From an uncultured Candidatus Saccharibacteria bacterium (GTDB taxonomy: Bacteria > Patescibacteriota > Dojkabacteria > J137): a stretch of 64,000 bases of DNA. The notes below the pieces were generated by a model, which worked only from the letters and a program-made list of their open reading frames with translations, was not told the DNA's origin and searched no databases. The stretch covers positions 3,958 to 67,957 of the forward strand of contig CAZLOI010000001.1 of assembly GCA_964561155.1 (NCBI GenBank). The letters are read 5' to 3'. The translations under genes and the position numbers were made by a program. Each line of letters opens with the position of its first letter. The stretch's first letter is position 1. This document shows positions 55,803 to 64,000 of the stretch, piece after piece.

Positions 55803-56309
55803 ATGTTAACAATACAATATTATATTCATAAATTCCTTTTTGGCAATGATATACTTATAGCTATGCAAAGCATTGAACTTAAACTTACAAATAGCGATCT
55901 CGATCTACATATCGACGAAGATACAGACATAGTTGCGAAGTATGATGGCAGAAGTAACTCAAACCTGAAAACAAAGATTAACTTTATCCATTCACATAGA
56001 AATATTAAATCTAGAATACTAATCAAGGCAGTATTGAAAGATTCATCGCGTTTTGATTTCGAAGGTGTATTAAAAATATTGAAAGGTGCGTCTGGTACCG
56101 ATACATATTTGAAGGTAGACTGTCTTATTCTTTCTGACAAAGCATATGCAAGAGCTGTACCTAGCCTTGAGATTAATGAGAATGATGTTAAAGGAGGTCA
56201 CGGTGCAACTATTGGACATATTGATTCTGAACAAATGTACTACCTAACTTCCAAGGGTTTAACTCCAAGCCAGGCCGAGAAAGAGATCGTAAAAGCCTTC
56301 CTAAAATAA
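55803..56309 (+). CDS. SufB/SufD-family C-terminal fragment protein (beta-helix end plus C-terminal helical domain only)
   Basis: IHSHRNIKSRILIKAVLKDSSRFDFEGVLKILKGASGTDTYLKVDCLILSDKAYARAVPSLEINENDVKGGHGATIGHIDSEQMYYLTSKGLTPSQAEKEIVKAFL aligns with E. coli SufD/SufB C-terminal about 110 residues (...[46 protein letters not shown]). Total length is only 148-168 aa versus 400+ for canonical SufB/D. A more plausible start is ATG 55863 (MQSIELKL), 7 nt after TATACT. Confidence 0.6.
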   Translation: MLTIQYYIHKFLFGNDILIAMQSIELKLTNSDLDLHIDEDTDIVAKYDGRSNSNLKTKINFIHSHRNIKSRILIKAVLKDSSRFDFEGVLKILKGASGTDTYLKVDCLILSDKAYARAVPSLEINENDVKGGHGATIGHIDSEQMYYLTSKGLTPSQAEKEIVKAFLK

Positions 56310-56493
56310 AATTCTAAAAGAAAAAAATTCCCCGATCTAAACATATATGGGAAGATACGGACACCACCCCAAAATTTTCTATATCAGGCTTCTATTCTCT
56401 TAGGATTTAGTATAGGATATTGTAAGTTGTCCAAAATATATTTTTTTGGCATAACGATTTTGACTTAATTACAATTTTTTATACTAATAATTT

Positions 56494-59400
56494 ATGGACA
56501 GAATATTCTCAAGGATCGGAATAGTATTAATAATCACACTGGTACTCGGAGGTTTATCATTAAACAATTCGGGCTCAGTTGCTGCTGATCCTATAGATCC
56601 GACACAGAGAATGTATTTAACAGATGAAATCCACGTGTCCTCTGGGCAATCTGAATCCTCACTTGCATCAGGATATTTAAGTTTTGCCGATGAGTATGGT
56701 TCACCTGGAGAGGATACAGGATATATCTTTGCACACTTGAATTGGACATATCCTACGAGCGGACCTGTAATAGCAGTTAATTCAGTTCCATCTGGATTCA
56801 CACTTGTTGATCAAACTTCATATAATTTAAATGTAAACGATACTGAGAATACAGACATAGAGTATGCCTTTGTGGCTGCTCTCTATGCGTATAACACTAA
56901 TACGTATGAAGATAATGTAAGTTTTGGATTCGACGGAGTATTTACTACAGCTAGTATGCGTGTCGTTCCAGTCGAAGGAGTAGATACTATGACTCCATAC
57001 GCTCCAGTTACTACTAACGGTACTACTGTTTCGCAACCTGAGACAGAGAATGGTGCGATTAGTACTCCTTTGGCCTTTGCTAGTGTTGCATATAACGATG
57101 GTATTGATTTCGCCCCTTGGTTTGAAACCACTGAAATCCCAACAAGTAATTACGACTGTTACCCATGTCAGTACAATGTAATCTATACGCAAACTGAAAC
57201 TGATGACACTGAAATGCCTCAGGTTTCTATCGAGGACTATTCTTTTCAGAGTGTCGATGCCCCTTATTCACAAATTGCTGTGCAATTAAATTTTGTAGAA
57301 TTCGGTACACCACAATTAACACTTGACTCTGCTACTCTTGAAGATTTCATGCTTGTAGGATCTGGTACGGCAACGACTAGTGGAGGTGCATTTATAGTTG
57401 ATGATCTGTTTTGTGATGTATGGGATCCAAACCTTAGTCAATACGTCAACATGTCAAACTGTGCTACTCCTGATGATGGAACATACGATTCAGCATTTGA
57501 AGTTTATGATATTAGTTTAGATATGACGGGTTCGGCTGCCGGAACATACAGTCTTGAGTTATTGTTTGATGAATATAATACAGCATCAGGAAATAGCAGT
57601 CCAACCCCGCTTGTAGAACTCGAAATTATTATGGATGAGTTTGGAGATGGTACAGTTGAGCTTCTAGGTGGTAGTGGGGTATTCGAAGTAGTTATCGATA
57701 CAGGACCAACAGTGGTTGGCAACGACGTAACAGTAACAGGACACGCTACATCTCAAGGAGGAGCGTACAATATATCTGATTTTGAATTTTACGTAAACGC
57801 TCAGTTTGTTGATATAAACGCTGAAGATGGATCATTTGATGAACCAATAGAAGAATTCACTTGGACTCTTAATGATCTAGCCGTCGGTAGCTATACACTA
57901 GAATTCTATGCATATGAATCTGATGGAGTTACAACAAATTGGACAATAGATTATGGAGGACCTGAAATTAGAACCTTTGACATACTACCTTCTGTCGTAC
58001 AGGTATCGCTAACTTCAGGACCAACTGTTGTTGGAAGAGAAGTTACAGTTGTTGGAGAAGCTACAGCAAGAGATCCTGCATGGCAAGTAACTGATGTTTT
58101 GTATGAAGTAAGAAATGCTTCTGGAGGTGCAGTTTATGCTTCTGGTTCAGTTCCTGCTACAGATGGAAACTATGATGGTGAACAAATAGAAAGTTTTACC
58201 TTTGTTCTTGACGATATACCTAACGGAGACTATTTACTGGATATTTGGGCTACAGAAGATGACTTTGGAGCAGGTACTGGTACTAGTGATGAACTAAATC
58301 TAAACTTTGAAATATTTATCGCCCCAGCTTTAGACTTTACTATAACTGGTCCTACAACGTCTGGAACAAGTAGTTACGTTCACTTCGAAGGTACATTAGA
58401 AGACACAGCTCCGTATAATATTGACAGAATATATTACACAGTAGAAAGTGGACCTGAAATAGATATACTTCCTGTTGATGGAGTATTTGATGAGTCTTTA
58501 GAAGAATTTGAAATTGATGCTGGTCCATTCTTTGATGGAACATTCAATGACATAAGGATCTATGGTGTAAATGAAATCAATTCAAGTATTCAGGAAACAT
58601 TCCTCAATACAACAGTAAACAATTCAAGTACAGCAGCAGACTGCGAACTAAGTAACCACGCAACTCCCACAAACGATACAACACCTACTCATACAGTTAC
58701 TTGTACTAGTCCAGACAACATAATTAAGATGGAATACAGAGTTGCTCAGGAAGTTGGAGTATTCCAAATACCTTGGACAGATATCCCACAGGGTTCCCTT
58801 TCAGCTGGTTCTTACGGATCTACATCTGTAACAGCAAGTATTACAACTTCTGCTATTCCTGATGGAAACACATCATTTGTAATTAATGCATATACAGGTA
58901 CAGGTAAATTCCATACAAATGAACCGGAAAACTTTCAAACAGGTGTAGCACCTGCACCTTACGATGTATTTGTTGTTGAAGCTACAGACAATAGTGCACC
59001 TACTATCAAACTAAACCCAATACTGCCTAATCCAGTGACATCAACAGCACCATTTATAACTGGAAGCTGTCAGGATGTTCACCCATTTGATACAAACTCA
59101 AATATTGCGACATTGCAGTATAGAATTGATGGTGGAAGTTGGACAACTATTCCTCCACTAAATGCACCTTTAGATACACCTATTGAATACTTTAGTTACC
59201 AATTACCAGAATTAGCAATTGATACATATGTATTAGATGTTAGATGTATTGACTCCGCAGGAAGGGATACAAACGCTCTAGGTGGAAATCAAACACTAAA
59301 CTTTGAAATAATAGCCCAGCCGGATGTTGAACCTGAGGAAGTTATTATTGTAGAAAACTTTACAGATGATAGTTTAAATTCTATCAATGAAACAACAGCT

Positions 59401-62400
59401 ATCTGGGGTAATGGATATATTAGACTAAAGGAAGAGATAGACTTTGATAAGACTTTAATCGACTCTGATGGTTTCGTTGATAGATACGGTTCCGTATTCT
59501 CCGATGAATTCCCATTAGCTGGAAGTGGAGATAACGTATGGTATGCAGTGGACTATGGAGTAAATAACTACGGATTAAAAAGATACAACACACTATCTAC
59601 TGCCATTACTGAGTATCAGAACATTTCTACATCCAGGTTAATAGATGTTGAGCCATTCTCACATGGAGGCATAGACTACGTTCTTGTTACACACGGAGGT
59701 GGACTTGCATTATTGCGAGTAGATACTGAAGCTCTGACAAATGTAACTTACGGTGGTTTACCAACAGCATTCTATCAGCCTAGAGGAATATATAGAGATA
59801 CTAGAAATGCAAACCTTGGATTCTATATTGGGAACGCGGTAACACTTGGAGGAACTGCAAATACATACTACTTAGACCTAAACGGTACTCCTACAACACT
59901 TGGTGATGATACATTTACTTGGTATACAACATCTCCAGGATTCGAACTTGATAATGTTGTTAGATCAGTTCTTGATACAACAAACAATGTACTGTACCTT
60001 GCTCAGTTTGGAGATGGATTGATTAGAATTGACGATGGTGGAACTCCTCTAAACTTAGGTGATGACACTAGAACGTTATTTGATTTCAATGACTTTGCTG
60101 ATGCAAGTACTATCTCAGGACTTGTTGTTGACCCTGCAGACGATGGTCTATTCATTACAACTCATTTAAATCAATCTAGACTATTCTACCTTGATGCAAA
60201 TGGGACACCTTTAAACGGTGCTGACGATACAGTTACTCAACTTGCAGATACATTAGACTTACTACAACAAAGAATTGATAACCTAGTATTCGTTGAAGGT
60301 CCTGAATATGTTGGAGGACAACTGTTCATGATGACTAGAACTGGAAAGCTATTCTACTACAATACAAACGGTACATATAGCCAAGCATCTGACGATACAG
60401 AAATACTTTGGGAAACAAATGAAGGATTATTCCCAGAATACATCTCTGATATCTATGTAGCTGACTACAACACAGTGTATGGAAACTTCCAGCATACTGG
60501 TATGTCTAGAATTGATCTAAACAGAAGTTGGGAGGATACAGGAGATGCTGTAACTATCTCAATTCCACCTGAAGTTAGACTTATTGTTAACAACATTAAC
60601 CTAGAAGACGTGCTTGTTGGTCCACTTCTTGAAGACGTAGATGGATTACAGGAACCTAATAGTGAATCAGTTGGAGTTCAGTATTTTGTCTCAATTGACG
60701 ATGGTGTTACATATGACGAATTAACAGTTGGAGAACTTAAGACAGTTCTTGAAGAAGACTATAGATTGAAACTAAAGATCACTCTTACAAAGATTGGTTT
60801 AAATAGTAAGACACCAATTATCGAAGGATTTACTCTTGCCTATGGGGCATACGAAGGCCCTATAGCACCTGAAGATGTTGATAGTTTAGACATTGTAGTC
60901 TCTCCTACTACATTCAATACAGATACCAACTTCAATATAACAGTACGAGCTTTGGATATTCTAGGTTTCCCAGTAGCTAGTGTAGATGATGTAGGTTCTA
61001 TGCAATTAAAAGACTTTGTTACAGATGCGAATGTTGATGCATTAACACCAATAACTCTAGACTTTAATGATGGTGTAGCTACAATTACAACTGCACAAAT
61101 TAGCCAGGCGGGATCTTACAAGATTACTGCTACTCACGGAGCAGAATCAGTAGATTCAGTTCAGCTAACAGTAAATCAAGGACCACTTCCAGACCCAGAT
61201 CCAGAGCCTGGAATAACTCATACATTATCATTCTTTACAGATACTCCTACAATTCAAAAAGGAAACGCAGCAATCCTTACATGGAATACAACAAATACTG
61301 TATCAGCAACCATTCAAGGATATGGTTCAGTTCCTGTAAATGGAAACTTGTCTGTGTCACCTGAAGTAACAACTACATACTACATAACAGCATTTGATGC
61401 AGAGGGAGATACATTAACCGCATCACTTACTATTACTGTTGTAGATGGTGTTGGAAGTCAGACACCTGTTTCAACTCCACTAGATGATGAAGGGAATCCT
61501 ATTCCACTAGAACTAATCGTTCCTGATGATTACATTGAAGTCTTAATAGGTAACCCAGTTACAATCACATGGACTACTGAAGGTAATCCAGACAGTGTTT
61601 ATATCGACTATCTTGGAAGAAACGCAACTAGCTCAGGAAGCTTTGAGTTCTACCCAGATCGAGACATTGTAATTACAATTACTGCTACAAGAGGAGGTGA
61701 AACTATTACCAGAACAATAACTATTAGAGTTATCGATGGATTACCAAATCCATATACACCTGCTCTAGTTGCTGCTACTGGTATCTTATTAACTAGCTTA
61801 ATGACTGGCGGAATTGCACAGTACTTCTCATTGTTCCTAGGATTAGTATTATTCAGAAAAAGAAGATACTGGGGTGTTGTTTACAATGCTTCGAAGTACC
61901 TACCTATTCCATTCGTAACAGTACGTGTGTACAAAGTTACAATGAAAGCAAAGGAATATGTAGCTCAAACTGTTACAGACCTTGAAGGTAAGTATGGAAT
62001 TCCTGTTGGAATTGAAGGTGAATATCAGGTTGAATTCATTCACGATGGATATAGAACTGAAGTTAAGAACCTTTCTATTCAACAGAACTCAGACATCATT
62101 CTAGATGTTGGTATGATCGAACTAGATACTGAAGGTATGCCATTAAGTAGCAAGATTAAGATATTCTTTAAAGAGAATTCCCCTACAATCATGCAGTGGT
62201 TAAGAGTTGCAATCATTGCCTTAATGCTTGTTGGTGCATACATTACTCTACAGGTAATAAGTCTATCACCTCTAGCTATTAACTATATTGTTCTTGTACT
62301 CTACGCTGTTGCAATAGTTACTCAAACTATTGTTCTCTTGAGTCCATACATTAATGTTAAGCGAGGTAAGGTTGTTGAGATTTCTTCTAAGAGACCTGTT

Positions 62401-62637
62401 AAAGGAGCTGTATTTAGAATTCTTGGAGACAATCAAAAAGCTACACAAGGCGTTGAAAGCCTTTCATTCACAAATGACTATGGAGTACTTAAGATTAGAG
62501 TTGCTCCAGGTAAGTATGCATATCAGGTATCAAAACCTGGGTATGAGGCTAACACTGGTGAAATGAGAATAGATGAGTCAGGAAAGATAACTGAAACGAT
62601 CTATATGACTAAAGGATCAGGAGGCTTTGGATCATAA
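56494..62637 (+). CDS. giant (2047 aa) cell-surface protein: signal peptide, N-terminal domain, Ig-like tandem repeats, beta-propeller-like repeat region, Ig-like pair, and C-terminal TM helices interleaved with two PEGA/carboxypeptidase-regulatory-like domains
   Basis: Uninterrupted 6.1-kb ORF. N-terminal MDRIFSRIGIVLIITLVLGGLSLNNSGSVAA. About 100-aa repeats share V(T/V)G.AT...Y.V......DG.FDE..EEF.F.L..L..G.Y.L...A. Four to five repeats spaced about 50 aa apart read LDLNGTPTTLGDDTF / IDDGGTPLNLGDDTR / LDANGTPLNGADDTV / YNTNGTYSQASDDTE. C-terminal segments TLSFFTDTPTIQKGNAAILTWNTTNTVSATIQGYGSVPVNG...TTTYYITAF form a PKD/Ig-like pair. TM segments are ALVAATGILLTSLMTGGIAQYFSLFLGLVLF and IIALMLVGAYITLQVISLSPLAINYIVLVLYAVAIV. 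PEGA-like blocks are VRVYKVTMKAKEYVAQTVTDLEGKYGIPVGIEGEYQVEFIHDGYRTEV and GAVFRILGDNQKATQGVESLSFTNDYGVLKIRVAPGKYAYQVSKPGYEANTGEMRI. Confidence 0.75.
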   Translation: MDRIFSRIGIVLIITLVLGGLSLNNSGSVAADPIDPTQRMYLTDEIHVSSGQSESSLASGYLSFADEYGSPGEDTGYIFAHLNWTYPTSGPVIAVNSVPSGFTLVDQTSYNLNVNDTENTDIEYAFVAALYAYNTNTYEDNVSFGFDGVFTTASMRVVPVEGVDTMTPYAPVTTNGTTVSQPETENGAISTPLAFASVAYNDGIDFAPWFETTEIPTSNYDCYPCQYNVIYTQTETDDTEMPQVSIEDYSFQSVDAPYSQIAVQLNFVEFGTPQLTLDSATLEDFMLVGSGTATTSGGAFIVDDLFCDVWDPNLSQYVNMSNCATPDDGTYDSAFEVYDISLDMTGSAAGTYSLELLFDEYNTASGNSSPTPLVELEIIMDEFGDGTVELLGGSGVFEVVIDTGPTVVGNDVTVTGHATSQGGAYNISDFEFYVNAQFVDINAEDGSFDEPIEEFTWTLNDLAVGSYTLEFYAYESDGVTTNWTIDYGGPEIRTFDILPSVVQVSLTSGPTVVGREVTVVGEATARDPAWQVTDVLYEVRNASGGAVYASGSVPATDGNYDGEQIESFTFVLDDIPNGDYLLDIWATEDDFGAGTGTSDELNLNFEIFIAPALDFTITGPTTSGTSSYVHFEGTLEDTAPYNIDRIYYTVESGPEIDILPVDGVFDESLEEFEIDAGPFFDGTFNDIRIYGVNEINSSIQETFLNTTVNNSSTAADCELSNHATPTNDTTPTHTVTCTSPDNIIKMEYRVAQEVGVFQIPWTDIPQGSLSAGSYGSTSVTASITTSAIPDGNTSFVINAYTGTGKFHTNEPENFQTGVAPAPYDVFVVEATDNSAPTIKLNPILPNPVTSTAPFITGSCQDVHPFDTNSNIATLQYRIDGGSWTTIPPLNAPLDTPIEYFSYQLPELAIDTYVLDVRCIDSAGRDTNALGGNQTLNFEIIAQPDVEPEEVIIVENFTDDSLNSINETTAIWGNGYIRLKEEIDFDKTLIDSDGFVDRYGSVFSDEFPLAGSGDNVWYAVDYGVNNYGLKRYNTLSTAITEYQNISTSRLIDVEPFSHGGIDYVLVTHGGGLALLRVDTEALTNVTYGGLPTAFYQPRGIYRDTRNANLGFYIGNAVTLGGTANTYYLDLNGTPTTLGDDTFTWYTTSPGFELDNVVRSVLDTTNNVLYLAQFGDGLIRIDDGGTPLNLGDDTRTLFDFNDFADASTISGLVVDPADDGLFITTHLNQSRLFYLDANGTPLNGADDTVTQLADTLDLLQQRIDNLVFVEGPEYVGGQLFMMTRTGKLFYYNTNGTYSQASDDTEILWETNEGLFPEYISDIYVADYNTVYGNFQHTGMSRIDLNRSWEDTGDAVTISIPPEVRLIVNNINLEDVLVGPLLEDVDGLQEPNSESVGVQYFVSIDDGVTYDELTVGELKTVLEEDYRLKLKITLTKIGLNSKTPIIEGFTLAYGAYEGPIAPEDVDSLDIVVSPTTFNTDTNFNITVRALDILGFPVASVDDVGSMQLKDFVTDANVDALTPITLDFNDGVATITTAQISQAGSYKITATHGAESVDSVQLTVNQGPLPDPDPEPGITHTLSFFTDTPTIQKGNAAILTWNTTNTVSATIQGYGSVPVNGNLSVSPEVTTTYYITAFDAEGDTLTASLTITVVDGVGSQTPVSTPLDDEGNPIPLELIVPDDYIEVLIGNPVTITWTTEGNPDSVYIDYLGRNATSSGSFEFYPDRDIVITITATRGGETITRTITIRVIDGLPNPYTPALVAATGILLTSLMTGGIAQYFSLFLGLVLFRKRRYWGVVYNASKYLPIPFVTVRVYKVTMKAKEYVAQTVTDLEGKYGIPVGIEGEYQVEFIHDGYRTEVKNLSIQQNSDIILDVGMIELDTEGMPLSSKIKIFFKENSPTIMQWLRVAIIALMLVGAYITLQVISLSPLAINYIVLVLYAVAIVTQTIVLLSPYINVKRGKVVEISSKRPVKGAVFRILGDNQKATQGVESLSFTNDYGVLKIRVAPGKYAYQVSKPGYEANTGEMRIDESGKITETIYMTKGSGGFGS
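57697..58623 (+). repeat. three consecutive about 100-aa Ig-like domain repeats inside the giant ORF (protein-level tandem repeat; additional diverged copies downstream)
   Basis: Repeat units begin TGPTVVGNDVTVTGHATSQGG..., TSGPTVVGREVTVVGEATARDP..., TGPTTSGTSSYVHFEGTLEDTAP.... Each contains a DG.FDE.(I/L)EEF core. Confidence 0.4.
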
Positions 62638-62654
62638 GAGAGATACTAGCTATA

Positions 62655-62684
62655 GAAAAAGGCAGGGTAACCTGCCTTTTCTTA
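62655..62684. terminator. bidirectional intrinsic terminator between convergent giant-protein gene and CHRD gene
   Basis: AAAAA GGCAGG GTAA CCTGCC TTTTTC. 6-bp GC-rich stem (62660-62665 / 62670-62675), GTAA loop, flanked by an A-tract 5' and a T-tract 3'. 18 nt after the stop at 62637 and 13 nt after the minus-strand stop at 62697. Confidence 0.6.
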
Positions 62685-62696
62685 TACATATTAATA

Positions 62697-63179
62697 TTAG
62701 AAATCTAAGTCTCCACAAGAGAAGTAAACACTAGATTCAGCAGCTGATTTATGGACGTTTAAAGCTAATTCACCTTGAGACATTAAAGTTGCTAGTGTTG
62801 TATCTAACAAGGTAACAGAGGATCCATCTACAACATCATTCAATGGATACACTACACCACCAGGTACTGGACATCTTCCTGTGTGAATATGAGCAGGTTC
62901 AGGAGTATCTGTTGAATTAGATAGTGTTATAGCAACCTCTACTTGCTCTCCCATTTCTGTAAATACAACTGTACCATTCTGACCAGACTCATTCTGTTCA
63001 GTAAGAGCGAATACTGTATTTGGAACAGTGTCATCTGCCAATTCAATATCGTCATCGGTATCTACTGTTACTGGAACATTGTTTGCTGCATTGTTCTGCA
63101 ACAAAAGGAATATAGCGACTACAATAAGTACGACTCCTATAACTAGGACCCATACCATACTTCTATTTTCTTCCTCCAT
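62697..63179 (-). CDS. CHRD domain-containing exported protein
   Basis: N-terminal TM MVWVLVIGVVLIVVAIFLLL. TEQNESGQNGTVVFTEMGEQVEVAITLSN...PAHIHTGRCPVPGGVVYPL...LALNVHKS fits the CHRD pattern (E.sg.sGta.f.l.g..l.y.l.v.gl....aaHIH.Ga.Ge.GpVvv.L). Confidence 0.5.
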   Translation of the reverse strand: MEEENRSMVWVLVIGVVLIVVAIFLLLQNNAANNVPVTVDTDDDIELADDTVPNTVFALTEQNESGQNGTVVFTEMGEQVEVAITLSNSTDTPEPAHIHTGRCPVPGGVVYPLNDVVDGSSVTLLDTTLATLMSQGELALNVHKSAAESSVYFSCGDLDF

Positions 63180-63283
63180 AAAGTATTGATAAGAAATAAA
63201 GTAATATAGTCTATTATTATATGGGAAGCCAGTTTATGCAAGCTTAGGGCTTTTAGCCTCGAGTGGGAAACGAAATGAAAAAA

Positions 63284-63365
63284 TGCTGACGGAGGGAGTC
63301 GAACCCTCACACCTTGCGGTACTAGTTCCTAAGACTAGCGCGTATACCAGTTCCGCCACGTCAGC
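63284..63365 (-). tRNA. tRNA-Leu (anticodon UAG), class II tRNA with long variable arm; CCA not encoded
   Basis: The minus strand reads GCTGACG-TG-GCG-GAACTGGTATA-CGC-G-CTAGT-CTTAGGA-ACTAG-TACCGCAAGGTGT-GAGGG-TTCGACT-CCCTC-CGTCAGC-A. 7-bp acceptor, 3-bp D stem with long D loop, 5-bp anticodon stem, anticodon loop CU-UAG-GA, 13-nt variable arm, T-loop TTCGACT, discriminator A, then a T-run. Confidence 0.8.
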
Positions 63366-63431
63366 TGAGTCCTTAAGTTTAACACAAAACTGCCCCAGTT
63401 TCCCAGAGCAGTCTCGTTAAATTCTATTTAT

Positions 63432-63983
63432 TTACTTAATTCTAAACTCAGTTGGAGTATCATCAAACAAACTATCGCTTACCTTAAGTGTTAAGCTTGA
63501 AGGATTATCATCAACCAAGAAAGCAATTCTCCCTGTAAATGTTTCTCCTGCAGCAATTTCTAGATCTAATCTTTCCTCAGATGGGATATCGTAGAAGAAA
63601 TTCTGAGAATAACTCTGTCCATCCTCATTTACTAGATCAATGTATAAGATACTACTAAATGTAGTTGGTGATGTTCCCTGGTTTTTAACATCCATAGTAA
63701 TAACGTAGTTACTTCCATCTGTTACTACATCATCTACTGCAACAGCAAAGTTACCCTCACCCCCGAAAAGATCTCCGAAATTGTAATCTTCATCTGAGTT
63801 ATCTGTATCATCTGTATCTGTAGAAGTATCAGTGTCATCTGTAGATGCATCTGTATCGTTATCTGTTGGAACAAATACTGTATCTAGAGAATCCAATCTT
63901 GCAGCTGTTCCAAAAAGATTATGAACAAAAGAAGCACCAGTAGCCCAAAGAATAACAAAGATTCCAACACAACATAGAATCAA
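63432..63983 (-). CDS. exported hypothetical protein with Asp/Thr-rich acidic linker and DUF4352-like beta-sandwich domain (N-terminus may extend beyond the window)
   Basis: TM MILCCVGIFVILWATGASFV, a linker DNDTDASTDDTDTSTDTDDTDNSDEDYNF, then VAVDDVVTDGSNYVITMDVKNQGTSPTTFSSILYIDLVNEDGQSY...LEIAAGETFTGRIAFLVDDN, which resembles the DUF4352 immunoglobulin-like lipoprotein fold. Confidence 0.4.
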   Translation of the reverse strand: MILCCVGIFVILWATGASFVHNLFGTAARLDSLDTVFVPTDNDTDASTDDTDTSTDTDDTDNSDEDYNFGDLFGGEGNFAVAVDDVVTDGSNYVITMDVKNQGTSPTTFSSILYIDLVNEDGQSYSQNFFYDIPSEERLDLEIAAGETFTGRIAFLVDDNPSSLTLKVSDSLFDDTPTEFRIK

Positions 63984-64000
63984 GAAAGCAATAATTCCTA

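Noticed and set aside
1-64000. CRISPR arrays, rRNA genes, transposases/integrases or other mobile-element hallmarks
   Set aside because: No short direct repeats with regular spacers, no rRNA-like conserved stretches, and no transposase/integrase/recombinase-like ORFs were seen. The window looks like core chromosome plus lineage-specific surface genes.
1-64000. Alternative genetic code (UGA=Gly, code 25) as in some CPR lineages
   Set aside because: Long ORFs (for example the 6.1-kb giant gene, tuf, aaRS genes) are intact under the standard code, and an RF2 gene with SPF/GGQ motifs is present. RF2 would be dispensable or absent if UGA were a sense codon.

Overview
AT-rich (about 35% GC by eye) bacterial chromosomal window with compact, mostly minus-strand gene organisation. 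The gene content points to a reduced-genome CPR/Patescibacteria-like organism. First, there is a near-complete S10-spc ribosomal protein cluster (rpsJ to rplO, then secY) that lacks rpmD (L30) and carries a zinc-ribbon S14 type Z. Second, tuf sits upstream with its own terminator hairpin. Third, there are scattered aminoacyl-tRNA synthetases (lysS, serS, gltX, pheT), glyA, prfB, map, ung, rarA, ssb and a recO-like gene. Standard genetic code is implied: RF2 is present and long ORFs are intact. One tRNA-Leu(UAG) lies near the 3' end of the window. No CRISPR, rRNA or obvious mobile element was found. The accessory content is dominated by secreted and membrane-anchored hypothetical proteins. (a) A 2047-aa giant surface protein with Ig-like tandem repeats, a beta-propeller-like repeat region and a C-terminal double TM/PEGA-like anchor. 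(b) A three-gene cohesin/dockerin-like secreted module. (c) A DsbA, membrane protein and Cys-rich DUF4430-like operon. (d) A Fic-family protein whose catalytic HPFx[D/E]GNGR motif is degenerate (His replaced by Ser). (e) An N-terminally truncated UvrB homolog preceded by its own -10 box. (f) A fragmented SUF system: an orphan sufC and a 150-170 aa SufB/D C-terminal-only protein, about 19 kb apart. At least five starts carry a -10-like hexamer 5-7 nt upstream of the start codon, suggesting leaderless transcripts. All coordinates come from reading the sequence and the supplied ORF track. Functional calls are motif-based and not database-verified.
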